From Octopus sinensis (lineage: Eukaryota): 64,000 nucleotides of DNA. Location of the stretch: positions 52,266,001 to 52,330,000 of the forward strand of contig NC_043013.1 in the NCBI RefSeq assembly GCF_006345805.1, in the 5' to 3' direction. Under the pieces are notes generated by a model. The model saw nothing but the letters and a program-made list of their open reading frames with translations. It made no database searches and was not told the DNA's origin. Position 1 is the first letter of the stretch, and each line of letters opens with the position of its first letter. A program made the position numbers and the translations under genes. This document shows, one piece after another, positions 38,951-52,500 of the stretch.

Positions 38951-40515
38951 AAAAAAATATGTTTGTCCCTCTTTGCTAATGTGGGATTGTAATTGTGTCC
39001 AGAAAATTTCCCACAGACATTTCTGCTGTGGGAAATTTCACCGTAAAGGAGGCACACTATCAGACTGTAAACTAGATAACTCATTTGAAATAAATTATCT
39101 TCCTCTAATTGATAGGTTGATTGACGAAGTTACTATTTAAAAAATAACAACTAATCTTTTCTTTCTACAATTTATATATATATATGTGTGTGTGTATATA
39201 TATATAGTGGCTGTGTGGCAAGTAGCTTGCTTCCCAACCACATGGTTCCGGATTCAGTCCCACTGCGTGACATCTTGGGCAAGTGTCTTCTGCTATAGCC
39301 CCAGGCCGACCAAAACCTTGTGAGTGGATTTGGTAGATGGAAACTGAAAGAAACCCGTCGTATATATGTATATGTATATAAGGGTGTGTGTGTTGTTGCG
39401 TCTGTGAAACCCAACACATGAAAGGAACTCGGGTACCTTGGACATTGTGGCTGTCACCTGAGTGGTGTCAAGGTCTCATCCACCAGGAATAATAGGGAAT
39501 TGCCACCAAATGATGGATGTAGCAACATGCTTTTATGGTACATGACTCCCTGCCCCACATACTGTTGCTGCTGCTGCTATTACTGCTACTACTACTACTA
39601 CTACTACATTGGAAAGTTGTGGACCTTTGAATCCAAGGCTTCTGCAGTATGTGGGCCTGACTTTTGATGAAGGGAGAATTGGACCTTCAGCTCTTTGTAA
39701 TGTCTCTTCACAATTTCCTGTTTCCTATCATATGTGTGTATGTGTGTGTATGTATGTGTGTGTGTGTGTGTGTGCGTGTGTGTGCATGCTAAATCTCCCT
39801 TTGATCACACCCTATCATCTAAAAACAACAGTCAAATAACCCTAAAATTACACCCTACTATCTAGAAATAGCTGTCAAATGTCCCTCAGATCATACCTAT
39901 CTAGAAATAGCAACCAAATCTCTTTCAAATCACATCCTACCCTGTAGAAATAGCAGTCAAATCTCCCTCAAGTCACACCCTGCCATCGTAAAAATTAAAA
40001 GAGCACATTGGATAATGTAACCTGAAATACACTGGCTGTTGCTGAATATAGAGGCTATGGGTAGAGGAAAATTTATGTGGAATGGCCACAGCTGGAATGC
40101 CTTGGTACAAATTTACTCAATGAGGACTGTCCTAGGGCTAAACAACAGCAACAGCATGCTGTGTGAGCATTTGTACTACACATGGTAGATCTGGGTGTAT
40201 GTGGGTGGTGGTGGTGGTGGTGGCAGTGGCGGTGGTGGTGTCTGTCTGTCTGTCTGTCTGTCTGTCTTTTAGTGATAAGTTTTCAGTTTGATTAATAGAA
40301 TTACCTGCTTCTGGATTAACAGGTATGTGGTTGAGTATTCCACAGACACATATACTCTTAATGTAATTGTCATGCACAGTTTTAGTGATGTGGTGTGTGT
40401 GACAAGGCTGTACTTTTTGTAGTTATTGACACAATCCATTCGGTAGGCTTCAGTACAGTTTCATTCTACCCCAACGTCACTCTCAGGCTATGGGTTGACC
40501 CGTGGTTATAGAAAG

Positions 40516-40978
40516 TATTAGGTTGTCAAGAAAGTTCTTGTGGTTTTTAACCTTTAAATTCAGACTGAAGCAAAACTCTATTAATCGAAATAAACACCAT
40601 AAGAATCAACACACTTCTGCCAAAGCAAAACAAGTTCATTTATGCCAGTAGTGTAAAAATCATGCGTTCAGGTAGCGATGAAGTCGTTGAAGGCGTGTTT
40701 GGCATCATCTTGGTTTTTGAAGCATTTATCATGCGGGAAGTTCTTGAGATGCTTGAAAAAGTGGTAGTCGGTAGGCGAGAGGTCTGGTGAGGCAGAGTTC
40801 CGTAGCCCAATTCGTTCAACTTCTGCAGGGTCAGTTGTGTGACGTGTGGCCAACCGTTGTCGTGGAGAAGAATTGGTCCTTTTCTATTGACCAATGCTGG
40901 CTGTTGTTGTCGGAGTTTCTTCTGCATTTCATCCATTTGCTGAAAGTACTTCTCCGCCGTAATGTACTTCTCCACCCC
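40516..40978 (-). mobile_element. Mariner transposase remnant with one TIR
   Basis: GPILLHDNGWPH, SPDLSPTDYHFFKHL, W.KCV..G.YFD*; TA plus TTAGGTTGTCAAGAAAGTT TIR at 40516. Confidence 0.9.
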
Positions 40979-41065
40979 CTTATATTAGAAGCACAGTCAT
41001 TCATATACATACACCCACTTATATATGCACACCCATGCATGCCTCTCTTTCTCTTTTTTACACAA

Positions 41066-41097
<32 letters not shown>

Positions 41098-41649
41098 ATC
41101 ATGAAGTTGTTTGTAACATTCAGTAAAGTTACGTTAATTTGTTAGTGTGACACCAGTTAGAGCTGTTTAAAACCAGCATTTAAATGCTCGAAATAACCTC
41201 AAACACTCAAGTGGTTACCCAAACACAACAAAACACACACACACACACACATACACACACGCACACAAAAGTTAATGTTGACTCGGGACACACACACACA
41301 TCTTGTCACATGCAAATATCGTTTCCATTCTGAACATTAACGATCTTAGTGAATGGAGACAAGTTTAAACATGTTTCTTTTTGCTGTTGAGAATGAATAA
41401 ATAAATTGCCCGGCTGTTTTTATTCGTTAAGCTGATTGAGTTGGTTAATTAGATCTGAATGAACGAACCAAATCACTGACAAAGATAATAAAACTCCAGT
41501 ATGAAGGCCTGTGGGGAGGGGTTAAGCCATGAGGTTTGGGGCAGGGCCCCGCCTGCTTTGAATGAAAGGGACCCAGTGAAGTGATGTTTATATGGTTATT
41601 TGGGCTTGCTAGAAATAGTAGCCAAATCATCCTTAAATCACATTCTACT

Positions 41650-42140
41650 GTCTTTTAAAAAAAATTAAGGAAATATAGGATAAAATATTCCTAGGTACTC
41701 TCACTATGTCTGTAAAATAAGAAGTGATGGTCATGATTGGAAATCTTTTGATTATAGATGTGTTGGATCAGGACTGCCCTAGGAGTAAACAACAGAAACA
41801 GGAAGGACACATCAGTTAATGTAGTCCTAGATACACCATGCGGGAACAAGTGTTGGAATGGTCATACCTGGAACATCTGTGATCATAGATGTGCCAGATC
41901 ATGGCTGACCGAGGGTTGAACAACAACATGAAGGAATGGCACATTGGTTAATATAGTCCTAGATACATTGTGTCCATGTAAAACAAATGGTCATAACTGG
42001 TACATGTTTTATGATAGAATGGCTGAATGAGGGCTGACCTAGGGTTAAATAACAACAGCAACAATGGAAACATTAGCTGGAAGGATACATTAGTTAATGT
42101 AGTCCTAGATACACTATGCCAGACAAAACTAACAGTAAGA
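41650..42140 (-). repeat. Four diverged copies of the same about 110-bp module, inverted
   Basis: Recurrent TAATGTAGTCCTAGATACAC, ATGGTCATA.CTGGAAC and CCTAGGG.TAAACAAC. Confidence 0.7.
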
Positions 42141-42709
42141 TGGAAAATAATGCTTATTTTTCTATACTTCCACTTTATATTTAAAAAGTTTTCCTCCTTT
42201 TTTTTAATTGCAAAATCTTGATCAGATCCTCACCATGACACTGCGAACACTTTGAAATTATATTTCCACTCATATAAACCACTTTGAATATTATTTTACA
42301 AGTTTAAAGGGATTTCTTTTGTGCTGTAAACCATTCACCATTTCTGAGGTGTCCCCTCCTTCCCTCGGTGCTCTAAACACTTGCTTATTTTGCTTCATGG
42401 TCAATCCAGTGTTTCCCCACAACAATCAAAGTTTTGTTAGGAGATTTAGTAGATAGAAACTAAAAGAAGCATGTTGTGTGTTTGTGTAATATATATAGTT
42501 GTGTTTAGGAATGGTCATGTTGCCAGTTTAGCCAATAACATCTGCTTCAACACACGATTTCACATCAAGAATCTTGCAAAACATATATATATGTGTGTAA
42601 TAATAATATGAGGGAATATTTCCAAACTTACAAGGAAAAATTCAATTTAGAAATACTAAATCAAATTTCACAAAATATAATATATATAAATTAGAAAAAA
42701 AAAACATCT

Positions 42710-42936
42710 TTTATTAATTCAAAAATGAATAATTAAATTATACCATTTAGAAAAATTACATATTATAGAAAGATTAAATATAAGATAAAACATATAACGA
42801 TTAAATATATACATTTTATTTATTATTTTGCACATTACTTAATCCTTGTTATATGTTTTATCTTATATTTAATCTTTCTATAATAAGTAATTTTTCTAAA
42901 TGGTATAATTTAACTTTTCATTATTGAATTGATAAA
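42710..42936. repeat. AT-rich imperfect palindrome
   Basis: TAGAAAGATTAAATATAAGATAAAACATATAAC versus its reverse complement. A similar weaker palindrome lies at about 43750-43945. Confidence 0.8.
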
Positions 42937-42974
42937 AGGTATATATATATATTATATATATATATATGGAAGTG

Positions 42975-43105
42975 CATCAAGCTGTAGAAACTCTGCCAGA
43001 TCAAGATTGAAGCCTGGTGCAGCCATCTGGTTCACCAGCCCTCAGTCATTCGTCCAACCCATGCTAGCATGGAAAACGGACGTTAAACGATGATGATGAT
43101 GATAT
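42975..43105 (+). mobile_element. Isolated RTE 3' tail
   Basis: ..CCAACCCATGCTAGCATGGAAAACGGACGTTAAAC(GAT)n. Confidence 0.8.
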
Positions 43106-43142
43106 GATAGTATATTATATATATATATTATATATATATATA

Positions 43143-43401
43143 TATTACCGTCTGACCGACCAGTCCGTCAGCGTCCATTTGACCCTGCTGGTCCACAGCA
43201 CGCTGTCCACTCCTCTCTGGATCGCGCCTTTCTCCATCGCACTGATCCCAATCGTCCTCCTGAAATCGTAACTCCACCGTCATGGGAGGTCTTCCGGGTC
43301 GTCTTTTCCCTCGCACGGGTAACACTTGACAACTGTGTGCGTCCACTGATTATCGGTGAGCCGGGCGACATGTCCAGCCCATCTATACTGCTGCAGCAAG
43401 T

Positions 43402-43453
<52 letters not shown>

Positions 43454-43703
43454 TACCCTGACCGACCAGTCCGTCAGGCGTCCATTGACCCTGCTGGTCA
43501 CAGCACGCTGTCCAACTCCTCTCTGGATCGCGCCTTTCTCATCCACGTGATCCCAATCGTCTCCTGAAATCGTAACTCCACCGTATGGAGGTTCTTCCGG
43601 GTCGTCTTTCCACTCGCACGGGTACACTTGACAACTGTGTGCGTCCACTGATTATCGGTGAGCCGGGCGACATGTCCAGCCCATCTATACTTGCTGCAGC
43701 AAG
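43143..43703 (-). mobile_element. Two near-identical tandem copies of a second RTE-like LINE C-terminal fragment
   Basis: YRWAGHVARLTDNQWTHTVVK..GKRRPGRP motif; copies at about 43143-43400 and 43452-43703, separated by (TA)n. Confidence 0.7.
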
Positions 43704-43711
43704 TATATATT

Positions 43712-43742
<31 letters not shown>

Positions 43743-43960
43743 GTATATAATTAAGAGAAATAACCTTTATTAAGTAATTCAATAGTGAAAGACATTATAT
43801 CATATAGAAAAATTTAACTATTCTATAATAAATATTATTCAAAAAATCCCTAAATTAAATATACATTAAATTGACTATGCATGTTTTGGGACTATATCTT
43901 TAAATTTTCTATATGATATAGATAAAGTCTTTCACTCTTAATTATATACATATATCACAT

Positions 43961-46440
43961 GAGAGGACCCGGCAGGACTAGTCAGGCCATATCCCGTGGC
44001 CCCTACCTGGGACGTAGTCGATCCACCTGTGCATACCTTCCTTCTTGTGACACTTGTGAAGACCTGCTGAGGCAAGTGAAAATCAATCAAAATAGATGAA
44101 CATCAATGGAATTTGTATCTTTGTGGTACCAGTGCCTGTGGCACACAAGAAAACCATCCGAACGTGGCCGTAGCCAGTACCGCATCGACTGGCCTCCGTG
44201 CTGTGGGAACATGGTGGACATAAAAACACCATCCGAAGACCCGGCAAGACTAGTCAGGTCATAACCCGTGGGCCCTACCTGGACGTAGTCAGTCCACCTG
44301 TACATACCTTCCGACTTGGAAGACCTGCTGAGGCAAGTGAAAATCAAATCAAATCAAATCAAAACAAATCAAAATAGATGAACATCAATGGAATTTGTAT
44401 CCTTGTGGTACCAGTGCCAGTGGCACACAAGAATCCATCGAACGTGGCCGTAGTCAGTACCGCTTGGCCGTAGTAGTACCGCTTGTGGTACCAGTGCCGG
44501 TGGCACACAAGAATCCATCCGAACGTGGCCGTAGTCAGTACCGCATCACTGGCCATCGTGCTGTGGGCACATAACAAACACCATCCGGTCGTGGCCGTTC
44601 GCCAGCCTCATCTAGCACCTGTGTCGGTGGCACATAAAAAAACACTTCCGAAGACCCGGCAAGACTAGTCAGCCATAAACCATGGCCCCTACCTGGGACG
44701 TAGTCAGTCCACCTGTGCATACCTTCCTCCTTGTGATACTTGTGAAGGCCTGTTGAGGCAAGTGAAAATCAAAGGCCTGTTGAGGCAAGTGAAAATCAAA
44801 TCAAAATCAAATCAAAACAAATCAAAATAGATGAACATCAATGGAATCTGTATCTTTGTGGTACCAGTACCGGTGGCACACAAGAGAAAAACCATCCGAA
44901 AGTGGCGTAACCCGTAGCCAGTACCGCATCGACTGGCCTCCGTTCTGTGGGCACATGACAAACACCATCCGATGTGGCCGTTCGCCAGCCTCATCTAGCA
45001 CCTGTGTCGGTGGCACATAAAAACACCATCCGAAGACCCGGCAAGACTAGTCAGGCCATAACCCATGCCCCTACCTGGGACGTAGTCAGTCCACCTGTGC
45101 ATACCTTCCTTCTTGTGACCCTTGTGAAGACATGTTGAGGCAAGTGAAAATCAAATCAAAACAAATCAAAATAGATGAACATCAATGGAATCTGTATCTT
45201 TGTGGTACCAGTGCCGGTGGCACACACTTTGTGGTACCAGTCCGGTGGCACACATGAGAACCATCCGAATGGTGGCCGTAGCCAGTTCCGCATCGACGGC
45301 CTCCGTGCTGTGGGCACGTAACAAACACCATCCGATCATGGCCGTTCGCCAGCCTCATCTGGCACCTGTGTCGGTGGCACATAAAAACACCTTCCGAAGA
45401 CCCGGCAAGACTAGTCAGTCCACCTGTGCATACCTTCCTTCTTGTGACACTTTTGAAGACCGGTTGGGCAAGTGAAAATCAAATCAAATCAAATCAAAAT
45501 AGACAAAATAGATGAACATCAATGGAATTGTATCTTGTGGTACCAGTGCCTGTGACACACAAGAAATCCATCAGTGCCGTAGTCAGTGCGGTGGGCACAT
45601 GACAAACACCATCCGATCGTGGCCGTTCGCCAGCCTCATCTAGCATCTGTGTCGGTGGCACATAAAAACACCATCCGAAGACCCGGCAAGATAGTCAGGC
45701 CATAACCCATGGCCTCTACCTGGGACGTAGTCAGTCCACCTGTGCATACCTTCCTTCTTGTGACACTTGTGAAGACCTGTTGAGGCAAGTGAAAATCAAA
45801 TCAAATCAAAACAAATCAAAATAGATGAACATCAATGGAATTTGTATCTTTGTGGTACCAGTGCCGGTGGCACGTGGCACATAAGAAAACCATCCGAACG
45901 TGGCCGTAGCCAGTACCGCATCGACTGGCCTCCGTGCTGTGGGCACGTAACAAGCACCATCCGATCGTGGCCGTTTGCCAGCCTCATCTGGCACCTGTGT
46001 CGGTTGGCACATAAAAACACCATCCGAGCGTGGCCGTCTGCCAGCCTCGTCTGGCACCTGTGTCGGTGGCACATAAAAACACCATCCGAGCGTGGCCGTC
46101 TGCCAGCCTCGTCTGGCACCTGTGTCGGTGGCACATAAAAACACCATCCGAGCGTGGCCGTCTGCCAGCCTCGTCTGGCACCTGTGTCGGGGCACATAAA
46201 AACACCATCCGAGCGTGGCCGTTTGCCAGCCTCGTCTGGCACCTGTGTCGGTGGCACATAAAATCACCCACTTACACTCTCGGAGTGGTTGGCGTTAGGA
46301 AGGGCATCCAGCTGTAGAAACACTGCCAGATCTGACTGGACTGGTGCAGCTTTCGGGCTCCCCAGACCCAGTTGAACCGTCCAACCCATGCTAGCATGGA
46401 AAGCAGACGTTAAACGATGATGATGATGATGATGATGATA
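43961..46440 (+). mobile_element. RTE 3' end amplified as six imperfect 270-415-bp tandem units, then about five 62-bp units, then the normal tail
   Basis: Units start with GACCCGGC at 43966, 44238, 44653, 45035, 45399 and 45680, matching the ORF end and 3' UTR of the RTE copies. 62-bp unit at about 45955-46262; (GAT)n at about 46415-46440. Confidence 0.85.
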
Positions 46441-46518
46441 TATTGTGAAATTGATTTGGAATTGTTAAATTGAATTTTTCCCTGTAAGTTTGTAATTATA
46501 TTCTCCACTTTTATTATC

Positions 46519-46551
<33 letters not shown>

Positions 46552-46808
46552 ATATATATATAAATAGACATATGTGTATGTATTTGTGCCACCTTGTCTC
46601 GACATCTGATGATACTTGTGAGTGTCACTGCCATACAAGTAAGTATCATTCATTCCTAGGATTCTACAGAAACATGTTTGGTCATAGGGAGATATTTACC
46701 TTACATGGCACCAGGCCAGAGTTGGTGACAGGAAGGGAATCCACCCCCCCACACACAACAGAGTGAATTGAAATATGGTGATTAGAAAATATATTATCTA
46801 ACTCCAAA

Positions 46809-47010
46809 TACAAGGGAGTGCTGAAAAGCTCTTGGCTTTAAGGGTATTGTGAAAAGCTTGGTTGGAGGCCCAACCTTGTGAGTTCTTCTTTTACAGGACT
46901 ATAATAAATGTGTGAATCCCAGAAGGAAATATGTTAAATAAAATCATAATTAATTGACTCTCCTGTAATTGTTTTACCCAAAACCAGGAACTTTTCACCA
47001 CCCCATCGTA
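46809..47010. mobile_element. Fourth copy of the mariner MITE
   Basis: TACAAGGGAGTGCTGAAAAG ... CTTTTCACCACCCCATCGTA. Confidence 0.8.
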
Positions 47011-47068
47011 TTAAGGGTTAGATAATATCATTGTTTGGTCAAGCAAGCAGGGGAAATATATATATATA

Positions 47069-47912
47069 TTTCTTTACTACCCACAAGGGGCTAAACACAG
47101 AGGGGACAAACAGTGCGTAACTGGTGCTTAATTTATCGACCCCGAATGGATAAAAGGCAAAATCGACCTTGGCGAAATTTGAACTCAGAACGTAATGGCA
47201 GACGAAATACGGCTACGCATTTTGCCCGGCGTGCTAATATATATATATATATTTGTATGTATGTATGTATGTATGTATGTAAAAAGGTTGAATTATATTT
47301 CGTCCTTTAATTTGGAAAAACTCCCAAAAAAGATTTCTACTATAGATTCTTCATATTTTGCTGGTAGCTTACTGGCGTAAGTTTACGAATATGGGGTTCC
47401 TTTCTACTATAGCCCGAGGCTATAGTAGAAGACACTTGCCCAAGGTGCCACACAGTGCAACTGAACCTGGAACCATGAGGTTGGTAAACAAGCTTCTTAT
47501 TTCTTTACTGCCCACAAGGGGCTAAACATAGAGAGGACAAACAAGGACAGACAAATGGATTAACTCGATTATATCGACCCCAGTGCACAACTGGTATTTA
47601 ATTTATCGACCCTGAAAGGCAAAGTTGACCTCGGCGGAATTTGAACTCAGAACGTAAAGAGCCAGAAGAAATACCTATTTCTTTACTACCCACAAGGGGC
47701 TAAACACAGTGAGGACAAACAAGGACAGACAAACGGATTAAGTCGATTATATCAACCCCAGTATGTAACTGGTACTTAATTTATCGACCCCGAAAGGTTG
47801 AAAAGCTAAGTCGATCTCGGTGGAATTTGAACTCAGAACTCAGAACGTAAAGACAGACGAAATACCACCAAGCATTTCGCCCAGTGTGCTAATGTTTCAG
47901 CCAGCTCGCCAC
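47069..47912 (-). mobile_element. Cluster of three family A copies plus a family B head
   Basis: Family A at about 47069-47238, 47500-47676 and 47677-47912; family B head at about 47385-47498. Confidence 0.8.
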
Positions 47913-48636
47913 CTTTGTGTCTGTGTTAGTTCCCTCATTACCGCTTGGTACCCAGTGTTGGTGTGTTTATGTCCCCATAGCTTAGACTGCTAGAATAAGT
48001 ACCAAGCTTAAAAAAATAAGTACGGGGTGTGGGGTGCAGTGGGGGGGGGGTTCGATTCATTCAAGATGGTGCCCCAGCATGGCCGTAGTCTAATGACTGA
48101 AACAAGTAAAAATCAAAACTAAACAAAAAGCAAAACATGATTAATTGCTTATTAAGTCAGTAAAATGTGTCGGGTCAGTGATTAGTGCAGGTCAGTCAGT
48201 GCAGTTGATATAAACGAAAACACTGTTGTTGTTGTTGTTGCTTTAATAGTAGGTCAACTATGATAGAGCAGACCCAGGGGGTTGAAGATTGTGACCATCA
48301 CTCCTTTATATTCAAACATGGCACTTCAAGGATTACACTGTCTATTATAACTTTTATTTGTAATGTTCCCCACCCTCATTCCATTTTCTGTTTTATTATT
48401 TTCCCCCTCCCCACTCCCACCTTCAAATCATATGTTTATTATGGACTGTGCCCATGCTGGGGCACCTTGTAGGATTAAACAAACGAATCAATCCCAGGAC
48501 TTATTTTAAGTGTGGTACTTAGCATTCCTTTGGTCTCTGTTGATAAACCACCACATTATAGGGATGTAAACATACCAACAGAGGTTGTTAAGTGGTGGGG
48601 GTGATAAACAATCACAGATACACACACATACGTAAT

Positions 48637-48674
<38 letters not shown>

Positions 48675-48685
48675 CTCACACACAT

Positions 48686-49130
48686 AGGCTCAGGAGTGGT
48701 TGTGTGGTAAGAAGCCTGCTCTCCAACCTCATGGTTCTGGGTTCAGTTCCACTGCATGGCACCTTGGGGCAAGTGTCTTCTACTAGAGCCTCAGGCTGAC
48801 CAAAGCCTTGTGAATGGATTTGGTAGATGGAAACTGAAAGAAGCCCACTGAATGTATTTATATAGATATATATGTCTGTGTGAGTGTGTTGTGTCTGTGT
48901 GTTTGTGTTTGTCCCCCTACCACAGTTTGACAACCTGTGTTGGTGTGTTTACATCCCCATAGCTTGTGCAGTACGGCAAAAGAGACCAAAACAATAAGCA
49001 CAAGGTGTTAAAAAAAAAAATAATAATAAGTCCTGTGGTTGATTTGTTTGACTAAAACTCTTCAAGGCGGTGCTGCAGCATGGCCGCAGTCAAATGACTG
49101 AAACAAGTAAAAGAACAACAGAATAAAAGA
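48686..49130 (+). mobile_element. SINE family B copy
   Basis: Complete head, core and tail. Further partial copies at about 430-600, 4010-4270, 25790-25950, 39206-39385, 47915-48120, 48445-48640, 49590-49800 and 54563-54778. Confidence 0.8.
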
Positions 49131-50012
49131 ATATAGGTATATATTTTCTCTCTCACTCAATATTTTTGCAGCTATTTTTGAGTTGGTTTCTTTCCTGACA
49201 TTTTTGAACTCTTTAGAAAATTCTGTGACAGAATTCCAATATTTCCTTGTTTCCATATGTAAATTTTCTGACTCGCATTCCACTTCCCCATCCAATCATC
49301 TCTGCTGTCTCTTTTCATCTTCTTGGAATGTTTTATTATCAAAGAATTATCCTCGTCTTTTCTTCCAAGTGAAGAATTCTTTCAAGTCCAGTCATCGTTT
49401 GTTGCAAAAGGAATTTTATTTTCATAAAATTTATTTCAGTCTCTTTGATTTTCTATCTTTTATGTCACAGTATTGGCAATGTGTGTGCATGTGTGTGTAC
49501 ATGTGTGTATGAGTGTATGCAGGTATGTATGTATTGATATAAATGTGCATGTGTATATATATATATTCACACACACACACAGACATATATGCACTGATAT
49601 GGCTGTGCAGTTGAGAAGTTTGGTTTACCTTGCAAGCGTATGTTCTTGTGCTCAATCCTACGGTGTGACACCTTAGGCAAGTGTCTTCCTTTATATCTCC
49701 TTCCTGACCGAAGACTTTGGTGAGCAGATATAGTCAAGAGGAAACTCATCGAAGTATATTGTGTGTGTGTTTGGGTCTCCTTTCTCTTGGCATCACACGA
49801 TAGCTGTGAGTGTCACTGTCATACAAGTAAGTTATCCTTCATTTCCAGTTTGTCATGAAAACATGTCTGGCCTGGGAGAAATATTAACTGGAATCAGGTG
49901 AAGGTTGGTGACAGGAAAGGCGTCCAGCCAGCTGACCCATGAATGCACAGGAAAGCTGAAAACAATGCTGTTGCTGCTGCTGCTATGTACATATGTGTGT
50001 GTGTGTGTGTGT

Positions 50013-50060
<48 letters not shown>

Positions 50061-50289
50061 CTGATTCTACTATGGGATAGAATGCACTCAGAGTTTGGTG
50101 CTTGTGTATCACTTTATCACTTTGATTAATGCTTTTTTCTGAAGCATATGTGTACTAAGTTCTAACATCAAGTTATTAGTACCACTATGCCTAAGCAGAA
50201 CTTTGATATATATATAAATATATATATATATAATAATATTAGGGAGTAAATCCAAACTTACAGGGAAAAATTAGATTTAGGATTAAATC

Positions 50290-50795
50290 TAATTTTACAG
50301 TATAAATATAAATTAAATTAGAGATAAAACCACTATTTGGCAAATCAAACAGTGAAAAACATAAACCAAACCATAGAAATAAAATTAATTAATATACTAT
50401 AACCATAATTCGAATTATTAATTGAATTTAAATTATTGTTATTCGAATTAGGTTATGGGCATGAAACGATCGTAGTGGTTTTACTTTTTATCTTATATTA
50501 CTTTTTATGCTTTTTGATAGTTATATATATTTAATAAATAAATAAATAAAAATAAATAAATAAATATATAAAAAATAAAAATAAAAATAAGAATATAATA
50601 TATATATATAAATTTATAAATATAAATTAATAATTTAAAATTTTTAACTTTAAATTCAAATAATTTAAATTTTGAATTTTATATTTTATATATTTTGTAT
50701 ATTATATTAATTAATTTTATTTCTATGTTTTGGTTTATGTTTTTCATTGTTTGATTTGCCTAATAGTGGTTTTATCTCTAATTTAATTTATATAT
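50290..50795. repeat. Inverted repeat, arms about 110 bp, AT-rich spacer with GAAACGATCGTA remnant
   Basis: AATTAGAGATAAAACCACTATT versus AATAGTGGTTTTATCTCTAATT. Confidence 0.8.
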
Positions 50796-50804
50796 ATATA
50801 TATA

Positions 50805-51006
50805 TCTGTAAAATAATATGTGACAATTATTCAGTAGCCAAGATAAAACTCTGAGTTTCAGATGCCGAGGTGGAAATCCACAACACCATCTCTTCAGTTA
50901 TCTGGCCAGATAACCGAAGAGATGGTGGTGTGGATTTCCACCTTGGCATCCGAAACTCAGAGTTTTATCTTGGCTACTGAATAATTGTCACATATTATTT
51001 TTCAGA
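50805..51006. repeat. Spacer-less about 200-bp palindrome with hammerhead-like motifs in both arms
   Basis: Centre TCTGG|CCAGA at 50905/50906; few mismatches. Confidence 0.92.
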
Positions 51007-51069
51007 TAAATTCCTCTATTTACATAATATTGAGATCTCTTTCTTTCTTTTGTTATCTTACTGTTTTTA

Positions 51070-51128
<59 letters not shown>

Positions 51129-51359
51129 GAGGTGGCAAGCTGGCAGAATAGTCAGTATTTCATTTGACTTCATGTTCTGTGTTCAAATTCTACTGATGTC
51201 GACTTTGCTTTTCATCCTTTCAGGGTTGATAAAATAAATACCAGTTGAACACTGGGGTTGATGTAATTGGTTTACTCCTTCCCCTGAAATTTTCCACTGG
51301 TTTTATGTGGCATTATATATATATATATATATCATGATGATGATGATGTCTACTTTGCT

Positions 51360-51516
51360 GGGCGGTTGGTGTTAGGAAGAACATCCAGCTGTAAAAACCA
51401 TGCCAAAACAGACACAGAAGTCTGGTGCAGGCTTCTGCTGAGCCAGTTCTCAGTCAAACCATCCAACCCATGCCAACATGGAAAGTGAATGTTAAATGAT
51501 GATGATGATGATGATA
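51360..51516 (+). mobile_element. Diverged RTE 3' tail
   Basis: GGTTGGTGTTAGGAAG..CATGGAAAGTGAATGTTAAAT(GAT)n. Confidence 0.7.
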
Positions 51517-52119
51517 TATGCATGTATATATCAAATGCAATGAACACAAAAAAGAAGTTAACATGGGAAGGATAAATTTTAACAAATGTATTAGTTTCAC
51601 ACTTAAGAAGAAAGGAAGAAAGCTAAGAGTCTTGATGTTTCGGACACTAGTCTTTGATCAGAAAGAGGAGAAAAGTATAGGGAAAGAGTGAGTAAGAAAA
51701 AGTGGTTGGAGGAAAGAAAAAGGAAAATGAAGAACGCAGTTAGGAGTCAAGCGGGAATGAAGTTCTGTAGGTGGGATGGGAGTTAAGAAAGAAGACAGAG
51801 GTGTACGTTCACTTATGACTTGCTAAACTTCTAGAATGTTTTACGGATTTTCACAATTGCATTAATGGTTTGTATCTATAGTTTTCTAATCAGGAAGAGT
51901 CCTGAAGATAACAAAAAAGGAATTATGTGGCCACCAAGATTACTTCCTGTTTGTGAATGCGAATAACTTACTGATAGTGGCCTTGTTGTATGAGTTTGAA
52001 CCCTCCATGCTTTGCATTGGCCATTCTTTACTGTTACTGCATTGGAAATCAAATATTATACAAAGGAAATGAGCCAACACAAACGGTGGACTGCTCAAAA
52101 CATAGGATTTTGAGTGCTG

Positions 52120-52500
52120 GTGTCACATAAAAAGCCCCCGTGTCATGTAAAAAGGCACCTGTGCCACGTAAAAACCATCTGTGCCATGTAAAAAAGCCCC
52201 TGTGTCATGTAAAAAGGCACCTCTGCCACGTAAAAAGCATCTGTGCCACGTAAAAAAGCCCCTGTGTCATGTAAAAAGGCACCTGTGCCACGTAAAAAGC
52301 CCCTGTGCCACGTAAAAAGCACTTGTGCCACGTAAAAAAGCACCTGTGCCACGTAAAAGCTCCTGTGCCACGTAAAAGCTCCTGTGCCACGTGAAAAGCA
52401 TCTGTGCCATGTAAAAAGCATCTGTGCCACGTAAAAGCACCTGTGCCACGTAAAAGCACCTGTGCCACGTAAAAAGCACCTGTGCCAGTGCTGCATAAAA
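52120..52500 (+). repeat. Minisatellite of about 18 units of 19-21 bp (CACCTGTGCCACGTAAAAAG)
   Basis: Direct inspection; the unit matches a motif in the RTE 3' UTR. Confidence 0.9.

Noticed and set aside
40315-40328. AG|GTATGT recursive-site candidate
   Set aside because: Lies within a decayed family C SINE fragment and lacks a pyrimidine tract.
45955-46262. CRISPR-like array
   Set aside because: Contiguous 62-bp units with no unique spacers, no cas genes, eukaryotic context; derived from the RTE 3' UTR.
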